A DNA stretch of 38,322 nt from positions 1 through 38,322 of IMG/VR virus record IMGVR_UViG_3300028588_000052; one strand, given 5' to 3'. This stretch comes from a virus (taxonomy: Duplodnaviria; Caudoviricetes). Shown here in pieces: positions 9,421-18,269 of the stretch (the first letter of the stretch is position 1; each line of letters starts with the position of its first letter). Made by a program: the position numbers and the translations under genes. The notes under the pieces were generated by a model. That model saw only the letters and a list, made by a program, of their open reading frames with translations. It had not been told where the DNA came from and ran no database searches.

Positions 9421-9444
9421 GCGAAAACCCCGCCGAAGCGGGGT
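9421..9444 (-). terminator. Intrinsic terminator-like hairpin inside the late operon
   Basis: ACCCCGC-TTCG-GCGGGGT followed by TTTCGC on the minus strand. Confidence 0.65.
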
Positions 9445-9854
9445 CAGATTGGATCGGAACGGAAGCTGTACTCAGCTATCTGCGTGAAACCAGGCGGAGC
9501 CGTATCATCGTCGAGCTCCATCACGTCGAGAATGTCGCGACGGATCGGCTGACAACGGCGGCCAGCAACAGCTGGCGTCTTACCGCGACCCTTCGGCCGC
9601 AACGCCGCATCAACATGCTCGACAACCCAAGCGCACTGCTCAGGGTCAGCACCAACACACATCACCGACCACGACGGCGTAAACGTTGACGCACCACCCG
9701 TAAACCGCTCCTGACGGTCCGTGCTCAAACCAGGACGGACAATCACGTACGGGTAGGCGCTCAGATCAGGAGCCAACATAACGAACACATTGCCTACCAA
9801 AGCAGGATCGGACTCGAGCAGCCCCACCAACGCGTTCGTATGCGCCCGCGTCAT
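9444..9854 (-). CDS. Tail terminator protein (DUF3168-like)
   Basis: 136 aa with a 'AP....YPYVIV' motif; last neck gene before the major tail gene. Confidence 0.7.
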   Translation of the reverse strand: MTRAHTNALVGLLESDPALVGNVFVMLAPDLSAYPYVIVRPGLSTDRQERFTGGASTFTPSWSVMCVGADPEQCAWVVEHVDAALRPKGRGKTPAVAGRRCQPIRRDILDVMELDDDTAPPGFTQIAEYSFRSDPI

Positions 9855-10249
9855 AGGCCAGCCGCCGCAAGACCATCCGCAACAGCCTTCCGGATGCCCG
9901 TCTGGAAGTCCTCTTCGTTGTCGACAAGCGCCTTCGGGATGCGGTTCTTACCCGGCGTGTTCCGGGTGCCCTTGTCGACAATGCCGACCACAGCACCCTG
10001 CGAACGGCCCAGATCGTTACCGATCTCCGCAGAAATACCGCCCAGCACCTGCCCCGTCGTCCCATGCAAGTCGTACGAGATCGCACCACGCGCATGCGGC
10101 AAGCCACGCGAACCGCTGTAATCGTTGCTGATTTGATCCTTGATGTTCCGAGCGGTCACCTCGATCGCAGCACGCAGGAACCGTGCCGTCTCCCGCGGGG
10201 CTTCCTCAATCGTGTGCGCAAGCTCGTTCAGACCGTTGTCCGAAGCCAT
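9851..10249 (-). CDS. Neck protein (HK97 gp10-like)
   Basis: Position, plus 'I..TA.NIK...ISYD...AEIG...G.....GT.N.P' pattern. Confidence 0.65.
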   Translation of the reverse strand: MASDNGLNELAHTIEEAPRETARFLRAAIEVTARNIKDQISNDYSGSRGLPHARGAISYDLHGTTGQVLGGISAEIGNDLGRSQGAVVGIVDKGTRNTPGKNRIPKALVDNEEDFQTGIRKAVADGLAAAGL

Positions 10250-10257
10250 GACGCCTC

Positions 10258-10653
10258 CTAAGTCAGCAAAGTGATCGGGAACCGCCGAGCAGTCGCATAC
10301 GACGACGCGAACGGCGCATCCACACGAGCACGACGACCCACCAACGACGCATCAGTCAACGAACCCGTGATCTCCACCACATGGCCCTTCGTCACCGCAC
10401 CAGACGTCCCCAATGGCAACGACAACGTCGCAGCCTGAGACACCAACAGCTGACCCGACTGCTCAGCATCAGCAGCCTGCACAGCAGACGCCTTGAAACG
10501 GCACGCACCCTCATACACAGGCTGGATCACGGTCTCCCGCTTCCCCGTCGCCTCGTTGATCGGGCCAGGGACTTCCTTACCCACACGGCACGTGTCCGTC
10601 ATGATCGACTCAGCGATCCAACGTCCAGACCGTGCGGCCGACGCAGCGGTCAC
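10258..10653 (-). CDS. Head-to-tail stopper (DUF6093-like)
   Basis: 'AESIMTDTC.V.....N..TG......VYEG.CR...ATARR.P' motif. Confidence 0.75.
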   Translation of the reverse strand: MTAASAARSGRWIAESIMTDTCRVGKEVPGPINEATGKRETVIQPVYEGACRFKASAVQAADAEQSGQLLVSQAATLSLPLGTSGAVTKGHVVEITGSLTDASLVGRRARVDAPFASSYATARRFPITLLT

Positions 10654-11078
10654 AGTGCCGCCGTCCCGACCGTGTGGAACGTAGAGGGCTGCTCACCAGC
10701 CCTCACGCCTCCGGGGACGATCGTGTACGCGCCCGACGTCGCGCCTGACCCGTCACCGAGCAGTACGAGTTCAGCGTCAGACAGGTACAGCGCCCCAGTG
10801 GAACGCGCCTTGTCCAACGTGTACTGGTAGTCGTCGATCGTCTCCGAGTACTTCCCGTCAGGGTTCGCCAGGAGACGCAGCACAGCAGCGCACAGGATCT
10901 GCACCACCACAGCCCGGAACGACGGCACCTCCCCCACCTTCGACTCCGCGAACGGCTTCTGCATCAGCAGAATGTTCCACGCGTCATCCAGCAGGACAGC
11001 ACCAACCGTCCGGTCCGTGTCAGTGAGGGGCCGCAACGACCGCTTCGTCAGGTCATCAACCGTTGCCGGGTTAGCCAT
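10650..11078 (-). CDS. Head-to-tail adaptor (Gp19/Gp15/Gp42 family)
   Basis: 'ATVDDL....RPLT...LL.DA...VLR...NP.G..SETIDDY.Y.....STG.LYL...E' motif. Confidence 0.85.
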   Translation of the reverse strand: MANPATVDDLTKRSLRPLTDTDRTVGAVLLDDAWNILLMQKPFAESKVGEVPSFRAVVVQILCAAVLRLLANPDGKYSETIDDYQYTLDKARSTGALYLSDAELVLLGDGSGATSGAYTIVPGGVRAGEQPSTFHTVGTAAL

Positions 11079-11097
11079 CGCAGCCCCTCACCTTCAC

Positions 11098-11256
11098 TTA
11101 CTTGTCGTCCGACTTCGGAGGACGCCCACGCCGCTTCGGCTCAGGCGACTCTTCAGCAGCAGCCAGAACCCACCCGTTGGCGAGGTAGCTGGCATGCGCT
11201 GAACTGTCAGGCACATCCACCGTCACGTCCCCGAAAGGGCTCCGGAACTCAGCCAT
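11098..11256 (-). CDS. Small protein after the capsid gene (52 aa, ends KRRGRPPKSDDK)
   Basis: TGATG coupling to the MCP stop; read manually; a similar small gene often follows actinophage capsid genes. Confidence 0.65.
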   Translation of the reverse strand: MAEFRSPFGDVTVDVPDSSAHASYLANGWVLAAAEESPEPKRRGRPPKSDDK

Positions 11257-12152
11257 CAGGCAGACGGCGTCGCGCCGGTCAGGCGGGCGAACTTGTTGAC
11301 GTCGCGCACGCGGAATCCAACCTCGATCTCAGCCCGCACAGCGAACATGTTCTGCTGGAACAGGTGGATCAGCGTGCCGCCACGGTTGATCGTCGCCTCC
11401 GTCGAGATGGAGATGTCGATCGCCTGCACCTGACCCCAAGCAGCCTGCGTCCAGTCGCCAGCGAAGCCGACAGTGGACGGGGTGCCGGGGGTGCCCGCAG
11501 TACCCGCCTTGTTGACTGCCTTCGTCTTATAGACGGGGCGACCAAGCAGCGAGCCAACCTGGCCCTCAAGCGCAGCGTTACCGATGAAGATCGGACGACC
11601 GAGAGTGTCAACCGAACCAAGAGCGATGAGCTCACCGGTCGGAGACAGCGCCCAACCGGACACGTCGCCACCATTCGCAGCAACCGAACCCATCGCTCCG
11701 AGCAGACCCGAGTAGGTGTTCGTGTTGATGGAGACAGCCGGCGCGTTCTTCAGCGTGTCGAAGTCGGACCCCGGAGCGTCGCCGAAGAACACCGTGTTGT
11801 CGAACTTCGCCGACAGCACGCCCGGAAGACGATTGACGAGCGCGTTGTACAGCGCCGCCTTGTCACGCTTGAACTGGTTCGAGAACGGCTCAATGACAGC
11901 AAGGGTGTAGCCCCGCATGACCTTCGAGTCGACCGTGGGGTCCGATACAGGCTTCAGCTCCGTTTCGCCTGTCCACGCGGCAGTCGGGTCACCAGTGATG
12001 ATGTCGACCGTCACACCCGCGCCCGGAAGCGGAATGTTCGGGGTCAGCGAGGCGACCGCAGAGGTCTCCTGGAAGCCCTGCCAGATTTCGTTGGAGACCG
12101 CCGTGGGCAGGTTAACGCCCGAGGTCCCCCTGTTCGTTGCCTGAGCAACCAT
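11256..12152 (-). CDS. Major capsid protein (HK97 fold)
   Basis: 'LP..VS.EIW......S', 'A.W.GE...KP.S', 'GDW', 'LFQQNMFAVRAE.EVGF' motifs. Confidence 0.95.
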   Translation of the reverse strand: MVAQATNRGTSGVNLPTAVSNEIWQGFQETSAVASLTPNIPLPGAGVTVDIITGDPTAAWTGETELKPVSDPTVDSKVMRGYTLAVIEPFSNQFKRDKAALYNALVNRLPGVLSAKFDNTVFFGDAPGSDFDTLKNAPAVSINTNTYSGLLGAMGSVAANGGDVSGWALSPTGELIALGSVDTLGRPIFIGNAALEGQVGSLLGRPVYKTKAVNKAGTAGTPGTPSTVGFAGDWTQAAWGQVQAIDISISTEATINRGGTLIHLFQQNMFAVRAEIEVGFRVRDVNKFARLTGATPSA

Positions 12153-12163
12153 GTGATCTCTCC

Positions 12164-12607
12164 TTAGAGGTCAGGGAAGGCGTCAGCAAACTGCTGAGCC
12201 GTAGAGGGTGTCCCCGTTTCCTTCGCACCCTGCGACGGGTCCGGACGAGGGGACGACTTGGCGTCTGCCGGCACGAACTCAAGCAACGAGTCGGCGTCTG
12301 CAAGCAGCGCGTCCTCGTCGTCTCCCTGCAGGCGTGCGATGAGCGACTTCGGAAGGCCCTTGTCGATACCCACGTTGAGTCGGGTGATCGTCGCGTCCTT
12401 CGCTCCGAGGTCGTTCGTCAACGCGTCACGTTCACCGGTGAGATCCGCGATCTGCGACTCAAAGCCGCCGATACTTGCTTCCAGTTCACGCACACGCCGC
12501 TCCGCAGCATCCGCACGAGTGCGTTCCGCTGCGATAGCTCGCTTGCCTGCTTCACCGAGCTCAGGGTCGCCCTGCGTCTCGGTGGTGTTCGTCGTGTCTT
12601 CAGACAT
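12164..12607 (-). CDS. Capsid scaffolding protein
   Basis: 'LGEAGKRAI.AER' coiled coil, 'GLP....RL.G.....L.ADAD.L' and 'P.PDPSQG'. Confidence 0.85.
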   Translation of the reverse strand: MSEDTTNTTETQGDPELGEAGKRAIAAERTRADAAERRVRELEASIGGFESQIADLTGERDALTNDLGAKDATITRLNVGIDKGLPKSLIARLQGDDEDALLADADSLLEFVPADAKSSPRPDPSQGAKETGTPSTAQQFADAFPDL

Positions 12608-12673
12608 GGGGTACCTCGAATCGCTCGATGGTGAAACCTGCAGGCATCGCGCAAGCAGGAAGAATGGGGGAAG

Positions 12674-13840
12674 TCAGCCGAGACGAATGCCCAGCGACCG
12701 GTAGAACTCAGTGGCGACCGCGCGGTCCTCCGCAGCGGCCATCAGACGGCGCGGGTCGGACGTCGCCATGTTCACGCGCATGTAGCCGGCGTCCCGCAGC
12801 AACGTCTGCCGCAGGGCGACATCGTCGGTGAGACCGATGATGGTCTCCGGCATCAGGCGCGTGTACTTCGTGGACGTGTACCGGGCACCCTTACGGCGCT
12901 GCTCAGCAGCGCCCAGGTTCCGGTTCACTTTCCCGAACTCACCACGCCGCGTGTTGCCCTCCGTGGTGACGTACCCGAAGATCGGCGAACCGTCCGCGTT
13001 CCGGCCGATCTGCGACTGCAGCATCCGCCGGCCGCTGTTCGCCCGCGTCTCACGGCCGATGCCGTTGCCGTACTGAATGCCAGTAGCGCCACGACGAGCA
13101 GTCACCAACTGGGAAATATCAGCGCCCTCACGGATTGCCTGAGCGCCGGCCTTCGTGAACACACGATCCTGCTCAGCCTCTGACAGCGAGTTGAAGTACG
13201 ACTCCGGACTGTCATGGAACCCAGCCGGCACCTGATCGTCATCCGCCGGGGCGGGAACGCTCGAGCACTTGCACGCCGGATGACGCTTGAACGCCGTCTT
13301 AGCCGACCAAACACCAGCCAGGACAGCACACCTGGAACACGCGCCCGGCTGCACCACACGCACGTACTTCGTGTACTTGTGCGCCGTCATCGCAGTCAGA
13401 TCAGCCGACCGAGACGTGTCATGCAGCGCCGTCTTCATCATCGCCGCCAGGTACATCTGACCGCCGACAAACGCCTGCTGCAGTGTCTTGCCGGAACCGA
13501 TGAACTGCTTCGTCGTCGTCACCGCACCAAACAGCAGCCCACCAAGCTCACGACCCGAAGCGTCGACACCGGCGAACGACGACGAGTTCACTGACATCGT
13601 CGCCCGCGGGTCGCCATACGTCCGAGCCGCCTGGTTCATATACCGATCAGCGTCCGCAGCATTCAAGTTCTGCGCCGCAACTGCAACCGCGGTCACCGCC
13701 GGCTCGACCGACTGCCATGACCGGTCCAGGTTCGCCATGTCGATCGCAGCCCAAGCTGCAACCGCACGCGCAACCGCACGATCCGACCGTTTGATAATCC
13801 GCCGCTGATGCCGCTGCGCAACCTCAAGCAGATCCGCCAC
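12674..13840 (-). CDS. MuF-like minor head / capsid maturation protein
   Basis: After portal; 'YVRV..PGACSRCAVLAG......F.RHP.C.C' and 'RLMPE.I' motifs. Confidence 0.75.
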   Translation of the reverse strand: MADLLEVAQRHQRRIIKRSDRAVARAVAAWAAIDMANLDRSWQSVEPAVTAVAVAAQNLNAADADRYMNQAARTYGDPRATMSVNSSSFAGVDASGRELGGLLFGAVTTTKQFIGSGKTLQQAFVGGQMYLAAMMKTALHDTSRSADLTAMTAHKYTKYVRVVQPGACSRCAVLAGVWSAKTAFKRHPACKCSSVPAPADDDQVPAGFHDSPESYFNSLSEAEQDRVFTKAGAQAIREGADISQLVTARRGATGIQYGNGIGRETRANSGRRMLQSQIGRNADGSPIFGYVTTEGNTRRGEFGKVNRNLGAAEQRRKGARYTSTKYTRLMPETIIGLTDDVALRQTLLRDAGYMRVNMATSDPRRLMAAAEDRAVATEFYRSLGIRLG

Positions 13841-13848
13841 GACGACTC

Positions 13849-15228
13849 CTACTGGTTATCGAAGAGGTTCTGCGTATTCGTCACCACGCGGCTGGCCTGC
13901 TGCGCTGCGAAGTTCTCGTCGTCAGCACGGCGGGTCTTCATCCGAGCGATCGTTTCCGGAGAGCGGCCCAGGTTCTCCTGCGCCGTCTCCCAGTCCGTCA
14001 GCCCGGCCTGGTACTCCTTCACGACCGCATCAGTGACCATGCCCTGAGTAGGCGTCCCAGCATCTCGCCACAGCGTCTCCATGCGGCGAGCATCCTGCGA
14101 CCACTCACCAGTCCGGAAACGAATGACAAGCCGCATCACGGCTTCCCACGAGTTCCCGAACGACAGCTGCTTCCGTTCCGCCTTCTTGATCAGACGGGTC
14201 TCACCGGCGCGCTGCCCCTCAGCGGACGGAGCGTTCTGCGTGTTCAGGCCGAAGTACTCGATCGGCAGCGAGGTCACACCAGATGCAAGCCGGGAGTACA
14301 TCGCGACCATCGTGTCGAAGTTCGACAGGTCCGAAGCGTCAAGCTGCTGGACCTTCACGTCCTTGTTCTCGTGCGCCCACACGGAACCGAAGTACGCCTG
14401 CCAGACCGGAAGCGGATGCCCGTCCTGCCCCACGAAGTCACCCTTGGACATGCCAAGAACCTGCTTCTGCGGAACAGCGACCGTCTCCTGCGCCAACTGC
14501 GCGTTCGTCAGCGCACGAGACGCCGAATCAGCGATCGGGATGACATCTTCCATCTCCGACACGCCCTCAAGCGACGAACCAGTCACACGTGTCGCACGGT
14601 TCCTGTTCACGAACGGCACCACCGGGACAGTGCCCAGATTGTGGACGTCCGGGTCGAACTCGTTCACCCAGTCACCGTCTCGGTACAGCAGCCAGTACGT
14701 GACGTTCGGGAAGTACAGCGTCGCCCGAGTGTCCTTGCCACCCTCAGGACTGTACGACCGCAGAGCAGCCGTCACCCGATGCGTCCGAGGATCACGAACC
14801 GCGACCATCTCTTCCGGCGACTCAACCGTCACAATCGGGTACTCAGGGTCCTCAGCGTTCGACCCCACGCACACGTACGACCGCTTCAAGGCCAGCGCGT
14901 CCACATGCGCAAAACCCGACCGCTCATCGAGGTTGTTGTACTGGTAGACATCCCACAGAGCAGCATCCGCAGACTGCGCACCCGGCATCCGGAACCCAGT
15001 GACATCCAGCCGCTGCTCAATCGCATCAACCGTCACCCGCGGCCAGTTCACAACAACCGTGAACCGCTTCAGTTCCTCCGGGATCGCCAACCCCAGCTGC
15101 TCAAGCTGATGCAGCCCCTCGTAATAGTCGTTGTACAGCCGCGTCTCAGTGCGCGTCGTCTCAATCAGACGCAGCAACCGGTCGAAGGTGTCCTGCTCAT
15201 CCTTGGAAAGCGCCAAGACCGCCTCCAA
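13849..15228 (-). CDS. Portal protein (SPP1 gp6-like)
   Basis: 'YYEG...L..LG.AIP', 'V.NWPR..VD....RL...GF', 'HNLG.VPVVPF.NR' and 'G.SE' motifs. Confidence 0.95.
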   Translation of the reverse strand: MEAVLALSKDEQDTFDRLLRLIETTRTETRLYNDYYEGLHQLEQLGLAIPEELKRFTVVVNWPRVTVDAIEQRLDVTGFRMPGAQSADAALWDVYQYNNLDERSGFAHVDALALKRSYVCVGSNAEDPEYPIVTVESPEEMVAVRDPRTHRVTAALRSYSPEGGKDTRATLYFPNVTYWLLYRDGDWVNEFDPDVHNLGTVPVVPFVNRNRATRVTGSSLEGVSEMEDVIPIADSASRALTNAQLAQETVAVPQKQVLGMSKGDFVGQDGHPLPVWQAYFGSVWAHENKDVKVQQLDASDLSNFDTMVAMYSRLASGVTSLPIEYFGLNTQNAPSAEGQRAGETRLIKKAERKQLSFGNSWEAVMRLVIRFRTGEWSQDARRMETLWRDAGTPTQGMVTDAVVKEYQAGLTDWETAQENLGRSPETIARMKTRRADDENFAAQQASRVVTNTQNLFDNQ

Positions 15229-15231
15229 TCA

Positions 15232-16716
15232 TCAGAACACAAACATGCGACTATCATTCGGCTTCTCAGAACCCGTAGAGCGAGCAAACGCATACGTCGC
15301 CAACGTCGCCGCGACAAGCGGGGTGATATCAGTCGTGTCACGACGATGCCAACCCCACGCACCAGAATCACCAAGAGGACGTTTACGTGCAGCCTCGAGA
15401 GCCGCCGTGAGCCCCGACTGGTCCTTATGCCGCAGCTGGTCGTTATCGACCATCGACTTGAACCCCTGGCATGCCTGCCCATACTGAGCCATCGACACCA
15501 CGTCGATCTCAACGTTGCGCTCCGCAAACCACGGCAGCAACGCGCCAGCAGGACCAATAGCATCCAACGTCACCGAAACAGGCGACCACTTCTGCACAAG
15601 CTCTTCGACCCGGTCCACAATCCAACCAGTGCCACGCTCACGCTGCACAACTTCCGTGTGGATCTTCCCGTCAGCGCGGCGACCCGCAATAGCGATCGAC
15701 GCGAACGACGAATCCGGGTTCACATCCAGGGCAAACGCCACCGGGTCAAGCGGCGACGACAACTTGTCGCCACACTCAGCCCACGTGAACATGTCGACAA
15801 CTGCGGAGCCCTTAACCTCGTCCAGGATGCCCATACGCTCACGCGCGAACGCAACCTCGGACATGCCGGCGCGTTCCTTCTCCATGTACTCAAGCGATGG
15901 AACACCACGAGCAGACATGGACCCGGGATTCGCACGAACCCGCTCTGCCTCATCATCAAGGTCAGCTTTCGGATCGGCAGAGAACTCGTTGTAGCAAAGG
16001 TGCTTATCCTTCGCCGGCACATCATCGCCCGGATGTTCCGGCTCCTGACGGCCACGACGCATCACACGCCGCAGAACAAGCCCGTACTGGTCACTGCGCG
16101 GCGCTGACGACGCGTAAATGACACTCGGGTTAGGTCGAGCCGACAGAGCAGGCAACGACGCCGCCACAGTTTCTTCCGGAAGGTTGTACGCCTCGTCGTA
16201 ACCGAGGCGGTCGCAGCTGAAACCACGGCCAGAACCGTTCGTCCGAGCCAAGAAACGCTGACGTGCACCGTTCAGAAGCTCGATGCCCTCTTCCCCATGC
16301 GCAGTCGCAACCCGCTTGACCTTCTTACGCAGCCAATCAGTGTTCTCCACCCAGAACAGCAGCCGCCGAAACGCTTCCTGCGCAGTCTTCATCTCATGCG
16401 CCGTGTGGATCGCGAGGAAATCGCGCTGCGAAGACGAGAACAGGAACAGATCAGCCAGCTGGACGATCTCGAAGACCGTCCCCTTCCCGTTCTGACGGGG
16501 AACGATCAGCGCCGACTCAAAGGACGCCCACTTGCCCTGCTCATCCTCGCCAAGAATGTCACTGACAACAGCAGCCTGCCAGTCATCAGCAACGAGCCCC
16601 ACAGACTCGGCAAGTTCCAACGCCTCGACCCCAGACGTAAACGAATACTCCGGTACAGACCTAACTCGCGGCGCTACGACGTGCGGCACGCTTAGCGGCG
16701 AGATCGTCACTGACAT
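15232..16716 (-). CDS. terL: Terminase large subunit
   Basis: Walker A 'VPRQNGKG', 'GRGFS.D...DEA' Walker B, C-terminal nuclease 'DITPLVAATLA'. The exact start is uncertain. Confidence 0.95.
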   Translation of the reverse strand: MSVTISPLSVPHVVAPRVRSVPEYSFTSGVEALELAESVGLVADDWQAAVVSDILGEDEQGKWASFESALIVPRQNGKGTVFEIVQLADLFLFSSSQRDFLAIHTAHEMKTAQEAFRRLLFWVENTDWLRKKVKRVATAHGEEGIELLNGARQRFLARTNGSGRGFSCDRLGYDEAYNLPEETVAASLPALSARPNPSVIYASSAPRSDQYGLVLRRVMRRGRQEPEHPGDDVPAKDKHLCYNEFSADPKADLDDEAERVRANPGSMSARGVPSLEYMEKERAGMSEVAFARERMGILDEVKGSAVVDMFTWAECGDKLSSPLDPVAFALDVNPDSSFASIAIAGRRADGKIHTEVVQRERGTGWIVDRVEELVQKWSPVSVTLDAIGPAGALLPWFAERNVEIDVVSMAQYGQACQGFKSMVDNDQLRHKDQSGLTAALEAARKRPLGDSGAWGWHRRDTTDITPLVAATLATYAFARSTGSEKPNDSRMFVF

Positions 16717-16894
16717 CGCCCTTCTGCTCCGTGGCAGCAACGCCAAGCTCATCCATCAACGCCCGCAACTCACGCGACATCGACGCGTTCGCCTTCTCAT
16801 CAAGCTCAGCAGCCATGCCCTCAGCAAGATCCCGTTGCCACTGCATCCCAGGCTCGCCGCTCAGGGCATCACGCACAGAATCAAGCAGTGACAT
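16661..16894 (-). CDS. terS: Terminase small subunit
   Basis: 77 aa directly upstream of terL; 'LA..LD.....SRELR..M.EL......D..DDL..KRA.RR' pattern. Confidence 0.75.
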   Translation of the reverse strand: MSLLDSVRDALSGEPGMQWQRDLAEGMAAELDEKANASMSRELRALMDELGVAATEQKGDVSDDLAAKRAARRSAAS

Positions 16895-16988
16895 TTCAAT
16901 TCCAAGGGTCGGATGTTTGATGGGGAGAGAAGAGCGCCCGCCCCGGAGGTCCGGAGGCCTGCCGTTTTGGGGTCATCCCCCACCCCCA

Positions 16989-17297
16989 TCAGACCGGTTT
17001 CACCACGTTCTTGACGTCGGAAACTGCCCTCGTGTGGTGTTCCCGCGGCTTACGTTGCAGATGTGGGTAGTGCGACGGCCTGAAGTTGGTCCGTCGCACA
17101 GCATCACCGCCGAGTGAGGTGGGTTCGGCGTGGTCGAGGTTGAACAGGAGTGGCTGTTTGGTGCCTCGGACGTACTTGGATGTGTAGTCGATGGGTCCGC
17201 GGCTGTTGTTGCAGAGCCAGCATGGGGCGTTGGTTGCGGCGCATTCTGCTTTGAACAGTCGCCGTTCCCTGTCGTATCCGCTGCTGTACTTGGTCAT
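16989..17297 (-). pseudogene. Terminase-associated HNH endonuclease (HK97 gp74-like) with an apparent 4-nt frameshift
   Basis: CWLC...LDH..P.S.GG.....N.RPSH is in one frame; the expected ICNVSRGN...TSRTW* (stop at 17000) is in another frame. Confidence 0.7.
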
Positions 17298-17298
17298 G

Positions 17299-17406
17299 TC
17301 AACCCCACCAGCGTTCGTCGTCCCATGGTCGGGGTTTGTCGGCGCAGCATCGGTCTGCTGCGAGTGGTGATGGGTAGTTGGCACCACAGTTGTCGCAGCT
17401 GTTCAT
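17299..17406 (-). CDS. 35-aa Cys-rich mini-protein
   Basis: MNSCDNCGANYPSPLAADRCCADKPRPWDDERWWG*; fills the gap between two genes with 1-nt spacing on each side. Confidence 0.55.
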   Translation of the reverse strand: MNSCDNCGANYPSPLAADRCCADKPRPWDDERWWG

Positions 17407-17407
17407 G

Positions 17408-17602
17408 TCAGTGGGTGACTGAGACGTACACCGCAGCCCACGCGAGAACGGCGATGAGGATGCCGCCTGCAACGGTTGCTCGGCTTGCGTCTGCTCCGGT
17501 CATGGGCTTGCGTTCCTTGCCCACCTGTCGGACTCCGTTGACGATTCCAGTGAAGAACCACAGTGCCATCAGGCTCAGCGAGATGGTGAGTGCGACGTGC
17601 AT
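17408..17602 (-). CDS. Small two-TM membrane protein
   Basis: ATG 17602 after AGGA; two hydrophobic segments flanking a basic loop. Confidence 0.6.
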   Translation of the reverse strand: MHVALTISLSLMALWFFTGIVNGVRQVGKERKPMTGADASRATVAGGILIAVLAWAAVYVSVTH

Positions 17603-17628
17603 TGTCTTTGTCCTGTCGGCTATGCGGG

Positions 17629-17805
17629 TTAGGTTCGGTCCTCGAGTGCGTCGTATACGGCTTCGACTGCGGCGATGAGTGGCGCTGGTGCAGGCAGCTG
17701 CCATGCGTAGAGCGGTGCGCCGTGCGAGTCGTAGGCGACGGGTTCGGGCCAACGGTTGCATCGGGTGCGGTGTGCGCTGATGTCGTCAGGCTGCGGTGCC
17801 TGCAT
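17629..17805 (-). CDS. Hypothetical protein (58 aa)
   Basis: MQAPQPDDISAHRTRCNRWPEPVAYDSHGAPLYAWQLP...; read manually; fills the gap. Confidence 0.4.
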   Translation of the reverse strand: MQAPQPDDISAHRTRCNRWPEPVAYDSHGAPLYAWQLPAPAPLIAAVEAVYDALEDRT

Positions 17806-18010
17806 GGTTCTGACGTACCGGGTTGGGTTGGAATCCGAGTCGCACGTCAGTCTCTTCGTCTTGGTAGGAGCGTTCGACGAGTGACTGTGATCCTTGCGGT
17901 TCGGGTTCTGGCTGGTCCGCTATCTCGTGCCGGTGTTGAGTCCGCCATTGAACGAGGCGACGGTATGACCGTGTCTTGAAGGATGCGTTGCAGGTGCACC
18001 ATTCCTGCAT
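17786..18010 (-). CDS. Hypothetical protein (74 aa) with CxC...HxH
   Basis: AGGAGG RBS before ATG 18010; MQEWCTCNASF...WRTQHRH...LGFQPN. Confidence 0.6.
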   Translation of the reverse strand: MQEWCTCNASFKTRSYRRLVQWRTQHRHEIADQPEPEPQGSQSLVERSYQDEETDVRLGFQPNPVRQNHAGTAA

Positions 18011-18236
18011 GCGTTGCCTCCTGCGTGAGCCTCGAAAGGGGTTCTCCGACTCTGCGCCGTGTGTGTTGTGCTTGCGGCCGGCGTTCGCGCTGTGGTTCTG
18101 TGCGCGTTGGTGGCGGCGTTGCGGTTGTGTGTTGACCGGCGGGTCGGAGAAGTATGTGGGTCGTGCAGGTGGGTAGAGGCTTGGTTGAGGCGTTTGGCTC
18201 GAACTATTTGAGCGTGCCCACCTGCACGGTGGTGTT

Positions 18237-18265
18237 GCTGAGGTGACAGGATTCGAACCTGCAGC
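18237..18265 (-). ncRNA. tRNA-like T-arm element just downstream of the HNH stop
   Basis: GCAGG-TTCGAAT-CCTGT-CACCTCAGC; no D arm, anticodon arm or matching 5' acceptor strand at tRNA distance. Confidence 0.55.
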
Positions 18266-18269
18266 CGTA

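Noticed and set aside
3501-16107. Long plus-strand ORFs (for example 3501..4646, 5777..6730, 14371..16107)
   Set aside because: They are antisense shadows of high-GC structural genes, with Arg/Pro/Ser-skewed composition, no RBS and no motifs.
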